DNA of 64,000 bases from Hemiscyllium ocellatum (lineage: Eukaryota). The notes beneath the pieces are model-generated. The model was not told the origin of the DNA. It ran no database searches and saw nothing but the letters and a program-made list of their open reading frames with translations. How positions within the stretch are numbered: position 1 is the first letter of the stretch; each line of letters opens with the position of its first letter. Below, one piece after another: positions 59,201-64,000 of this stretch. The position numbers and the translations under genes were made by a program. Where the stretch lies: contig NC_083409.1 of the NCBI RefSeq assembly GCF_020745735.1, positions 10,762,978 to 10,826,977 on the forward strand, given 5' to 3'.

Positions 59201-62200
59201 AAGGGTCAGAATTTGTGAATGTCATATTGTAACAAGGCAATACAGACAGTAGAAATAACCTAAAGTCTTTGTATGATAACGCATTCAGAATAAGGTAGAC
59301 AGAGTGATGCCACAAATTGAGGTTCCCAAGGACTTTAAAATCATTAAAGTGACGCAGGGCTCAAGAGAGGTTAGTAAAGTTCCCAAAATAATTAATAGGA
59401 CATAGATTATGGAAAGGGTCAGAAAATTATTTTTAGGCACAGTGCATAAGGGGACAACTATGAAAAGGAGGACAGTCAGTGCAGGACTGAGGGTGTTGTA
59501 CCTGAAGGCAGGGAGTATCCGAAATGAGGTAAATGAGCTTGTAGCGCAGATTGGAATTGGCAGGTATGATGTTTTGAGTATCACAGAGACCTGGCTGTAA
59601 GGGGTTGAGGGCTGGGAATGAAATACTCAAGGATGCACATCCGATTGACAGGACATGCTGATGGGCAGATGGGGGTGGGGTTACCTTCTTGGTAAGAAAT
59701 GAAATGAGATCAATCACAAGAAGGGATTTAGAGTTGGAATGCATTCAATCTGTGTGGGTAGAGGTGAGGAGTTGCAAGGGAGAAAGAGCATGATGAGAAC
59801 TTAGCACAGGACCCCCCAGCAGCAGTCAGGATATGAGGAAGAAAATAAATCAGGTGATAGAGAAGGCCCTGCTACAATAGTCATGAGGGACTTCAATATG
59901 CAGGGAGACTGGAAAATTAAATTGTTTGGGGATCTCAAGGGTAGGAATTAATGGAATGTTTACGACATGGTTTTTAGAGCAGCTTGTGGTAGAGATCACT
60001 ATGGAACAGGCAATTCTGGATTGGGTGATGTGTATTGAAGCAGACCTGATTAGGGAACTTAGGGTGAAGGAATCCCTTGGGGGCATTGACCGTAATATGA
60101 CAGAATTCACCCTGCAGTTTGTGACAGGGAATCTGGAGTCAGTTGTACCGGTAATGCAATTAACTTAAGGTAACTACAAAGACATGAGGGAGGAGCTGGC
60201 CAGAGTTGGTAAGAAAGGAAGCTGAGCATAAGAGAGAATGGAGCAGCAATGGCAGGAGTTTCTGGGGGTAATTTGGGAGGCAGAGCAGGAATTCAACCCA
60301 AGGAAGAAGAAAGGTACTGAGTGGAGGCCAAGGCAACCATGGCTGATGAGGGAAGTCAGGGTCAGCATAAAAGCAAAAGAAAAAACAGGCAATGTGGTGA
60401 AGATTATTGGGAAGCCTTTAAAAAACAGCAGAGAGTAACTAAAAAAAAGTAAGGGTGGGTGTGTAAATAAAATATAAGGGTCAGCGAGTTAGTAACATAA
60501 AAGAATATTGCAAGAGGTTTTCTTTAGATATATGAAAGGCAAGAGGGAGTCAATAATAGAAATTGTACCACTGGAAAAGGCAGAAGTAGTAATGGGGAAC
60601 AAAAAAATGGTGGAAAAAGTGCATCGGTGCCTTAAATCAGCTTTCACAGTAGTGTGGCAATGCTGCTCATTTCACAAGTTTGAGTTGTCCTTGGATTTTT
60701 TTTCAAGAGGGGTTGTAAAGGCAGAGGTTCCAATTTGTCTGGGTTAGGGACTTTGCTCATGGCTAACAGATACTGCCTAAGGCAACAGTCAGGGAAAAGG
60801 CTTTTAGGTTTTATATTAAACAGTTGTCCAATAAAAGGAGAATGGCCAGTTCTTCCAGTTTGCTGTTTTTGACAAACAGTCGGTTGGAAGCTCCTGGATA
60901 AAGAAAGCTGCTGGTGAGAAAGGTTCCCCAATTCAACATTTTCCAGTGGACTCACTTTCTGAAATTCCTCTCCTGTAAGAACCCCTGTGTTTATATTTAC
61001 CTTTTTGCCAAGGCTATTACAGCATATTGGAACAACTCTTTGTCAAGTTACATTTTTTCATAAGTTGGGTTTTCAAATAGTTAAGTTATTCTAAATTCTG
61101 TTTTCTTTTGATTGTAAATAAATACTCTTTTCCTTCAAGCTGAGTGGTTTGGCCAGTTGTATCATTCCTGGAATATCCAGGTTACATTTGCTGAACACAA
61201 TTCGAAAAGGTAAGGTCTGGGCTGCATTCTTAAAATGTTTTGAAGGGTCTGGCCTGGTCCATAACAATGTCACAGAGTCCTACAGCATGGAGACAGGCCA
61301 TTTGGACCAAACTGGTCCATTTACGCTAATCCTGCACTTGGCCCATATCCTTCTGAATCCTTTCCTTTGCTGTATTTGTCCAAATGCCTTTTAAATGTTA
61401 TTAATGTACCCACCTCAACCACTTCCACTGGCAGCTCATTCCATATGCGAACAATCCTATGTGTAAAAAGGTTGCCCCTCAGGTTCCCTTTTATTCTTTC
61501 CCCTCTAACCTTAAACTGATGCGCTCTAGCTCATATTCGCAAACCTTGGGGAAAAGACCGAGTGAATTCACCCTATCCATGCCTCTCATGATCTTATGAG
61601 GTCCTCCCTCAGTCTCCTACACTCTAAAGAAAAAAGTACTCTCCCTTTAACCCAAACGATTGAATCCTGGCAACATGCTTGCAAATTTCTTCTGCACTCT
61701 TTCCAGTTTAATAACATCCTTCCTGGAACAAGGTGACCAAAACTGAACACAATATTCCAAGTGTGGCTTCACCAGTGTCCTGTATAACTGCAACATAACT
61801 TCCCAACATCTGTAGTCAATGCCCTGACTGATGAAGCTCTCTTCTCTGCTCTATTTACTGTGACTCCATTTTCAGAGAACTGCTTATCTGAATTCTAAGG
61901 ACCCTCTCTTCCACTATATTCCTTAAGGTCCTATCATTCACCATGAAACTCCTACCTTGCTTTAAATTTCCAAAATACAAGACCTCACATTTATCTGTAT
62001 TAAACTCTATTTGTCATTTCTCGGCCCACTTCCCCAGCTGAGCAAGGTCCTGCTGCAATTTCTGATAACAGTCCGCACTGTCCACGATGCTGCTTATTTG
62101 AGTGTCATCAGCAAACTCACTAACCATGCCTTGTACATTCTCATCCAAAACATTGTTATAGATAACAAACAGCAATGGGCTCAGCACTGACCACTGAGGC

Positions 62201-64000
62201 ACTCCACTAGTCACAGGCCTCCAGTACAATAAGGATTCTTCCCCTATTACCCTGTGCTTTCTACCATCAAGCCAATTGTGTATTCAATTTGCCAGGTCAC
62301 CTTGGATTCCATGCAATCTAACCTTCCATAACAGCCTGCCATGTGGAACCTTATCAAAGGCCTCACTGAAATCCATATAGACCACGTCTACCATCCTGCC
62401 CTCATCAACCTTCCTGGTCAATTCATCAAAGTAACTTAACAAATTTGTGAGGCATATTATCCCACTCACAAAGTCATGCTGACAACTCCTAATCAAATTC
62501 ACTCTTTCCAAATGCATGTGTATCTTATCTTATCAAACAACCTACCCACCACAAATGTTAAGCTTATAATTCCCAGGCTTTTGTTTTTCAGCCCTTTTTG
62601 AACAATGGCACAGTCTTCGTTATCCTCCAGTCTTCTGGCACCTCACCTGTGGATAACCATGATGCTTAAATATCAGCCAGTACACCTGACCTTCAAGAGA
62701 GTTGGGAGCAGAAGTGAGTGGAGAGGGCATCACTAAGGTGGAGGGGTTGAGGCAGCTGAAAGGTCTGAAGGTGGATAAATCATTCAGACCCGAGGGACTA
62801 CACTCCAGAGTTCTGATGGAGATAGCTAAGGTAATTGTAGGGCCATTGGCTGTGATCTTTCAGAAATCACTGGAGTCAGGAGTGGTCCCAGAAGACTGGA
62901 AAATAGTGAAAGTAACATCCCTGTTTAAGAAAGGAGGGAGGCAGAGATGGGACATTATAAGCTGGTTAGCCTGACCTCGGTCATTGGTAAGATTTTAGAG
63001 GTCTACCTAAGGGTGAGATTGCAGGTATTTGGAATCTCACCCTTAAGTCTGGTAAAATTGCAGCCTGGTAAAATTGGGCTGAGTCAGCACAGCTTCATCA
63101 AAGGGAGGCATGCCTGATAAATCTGTTAGAAATCTTTGAGGAGGTAACAAGTGAGTTAGACAAAGGAGAGCCAGTGGATGTGATCCATTTTATTTCCACC
63201 AGGCCTTTGACAGGGTCCAATAAAGGAGACTGCTAAGTCAAATCAGAGCCCATGCTGTCAGGAGCAAGGCACTGCGAAGTGTAGAGGATTGGCTGGCCGG
63301 CACAAAGGCGAGAGTAGGGACAAAGGGATTTTTTTCTGGATGGCTGGTGGTGCTTTGTGGCGATCTGCAGGGATCTGTGTTGGGACCACAACTATTCATA
63401 TTATCCATTAACAATCTGGATAAGGAAATGAAGATATTGTTCATATGTTTGTAGATGACACAAAAATTGGTGAAAGGACAAGTGGAGTTGAGGAAGTGGG
63501 GGAGATTGCAGAAGGACTTGGTCAGGCTGGGAGAATGTGCAAAGAAGTGGCAGGTGGAGTACAATGCGGGGACTTGTGAGGCTAGATACTTTGGTGGGAA
63601 GAATAGAGACACAGACTGTTTTCTAAGTGAGGAAAGATTTCAGAAATCTGAAGCACAAAGAGAATTGGGAGTCCTTGCTCAGGTTTCTCTGAAGGTTAAC
63701 GTGCAGGTTCACCATTGGCTGTTTGAAAGGCAGTTACAGTGTTAGCATTAACTTTAACATCAGAGGTGTACTGCTGCGTTTGTATAAGTCTCTGATCAGA
63801 CCACATTTGGAATTTTGGTCTCCTCTTTAAGGAAGGATGTGCTGTCATTGGAGAGGGTCCAGAGGAAAAAGTGAGAAAGAATAAGAATGATCCTGGGAAT
63901 GAAGGGGGTGTCATATAAAGAGCGGTTGAGGATTCTGGATCTGTATGCAATTGAGTTTAGAAAGATGATGGGGGAATCTTATTGAAACTACAGAATATTG
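53299..64000 (+). repeat. Direct segmental duplicate of 1-10699 (offset ~53.3 kb), including all TE fragments of that interval
   Basis: Position 1 tggacagtaacaagg = 53299; 10690-10699 cagaatattg = 63991-64000; colinear throughout with scattered substitutions and 1-nt indels. Confidence 0.97.
56747..57074 (-). CDS. Ig light-chain C exon, copy 2; frameshifted as assembled (GG 56803-56804 versus GGG in copy 1)
   Basis: Acceptor at 57075-57076, TAG 56747-56749. Same protein as copy 1 except K-S-T versus K-G-T and one synonymous change; 328 nt. Confidence 0.93.

Overview
Vertebrate, TE-rich genomic DNA from a cartilaginous fish (HE1-type V-SINEs, CR1 LINEs, cluster-type Ig organisation; shark origin is inferred from the sequence). 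The core is an immunoglobulin light-chain minilocus of the shark type I / sigma-cart (NS5-like) isotype on the minus strand. It comprises a promoter (octamer variant + TATA, ~14.8 kb), leader exon 14673-14721, V exon 14190-14486 with a perfect 12-RSS, J 13681-13715 with a perfect 23-RSS, a 9.9-kb J-C intron and C exon 3452-3779. V and J are unjoined. Bases 1-10699 recur as a near-identical direct copy at 53299-64000, giving a second C exon (56747-57074) whose V/J would lie beyond the window. A second promoter + identical leader exon sits in the opposite orientation at ~48.2-48.4 kb and is cut by a 13-N gap, implying a hidden head-to-head light-chain gene; two inverted homology blocks suggest an old, TE-invaded palindrome. 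The V exon and both C exons carry 1-nt deletions, mostly in short homopolymers, which may be consensus errors. The rest is decayed CR1/other LINEs, V-SINEs, a Penelope-like element with a minimal hammerhead ribozyme, and a Gmr1-type (PR-IN-RT) gypsy relic. TE boundaries are approximate, read by eye. I found no clear evidence of a wholly new system; the most promising lead is the inverted, closely spaced cluster architecture.
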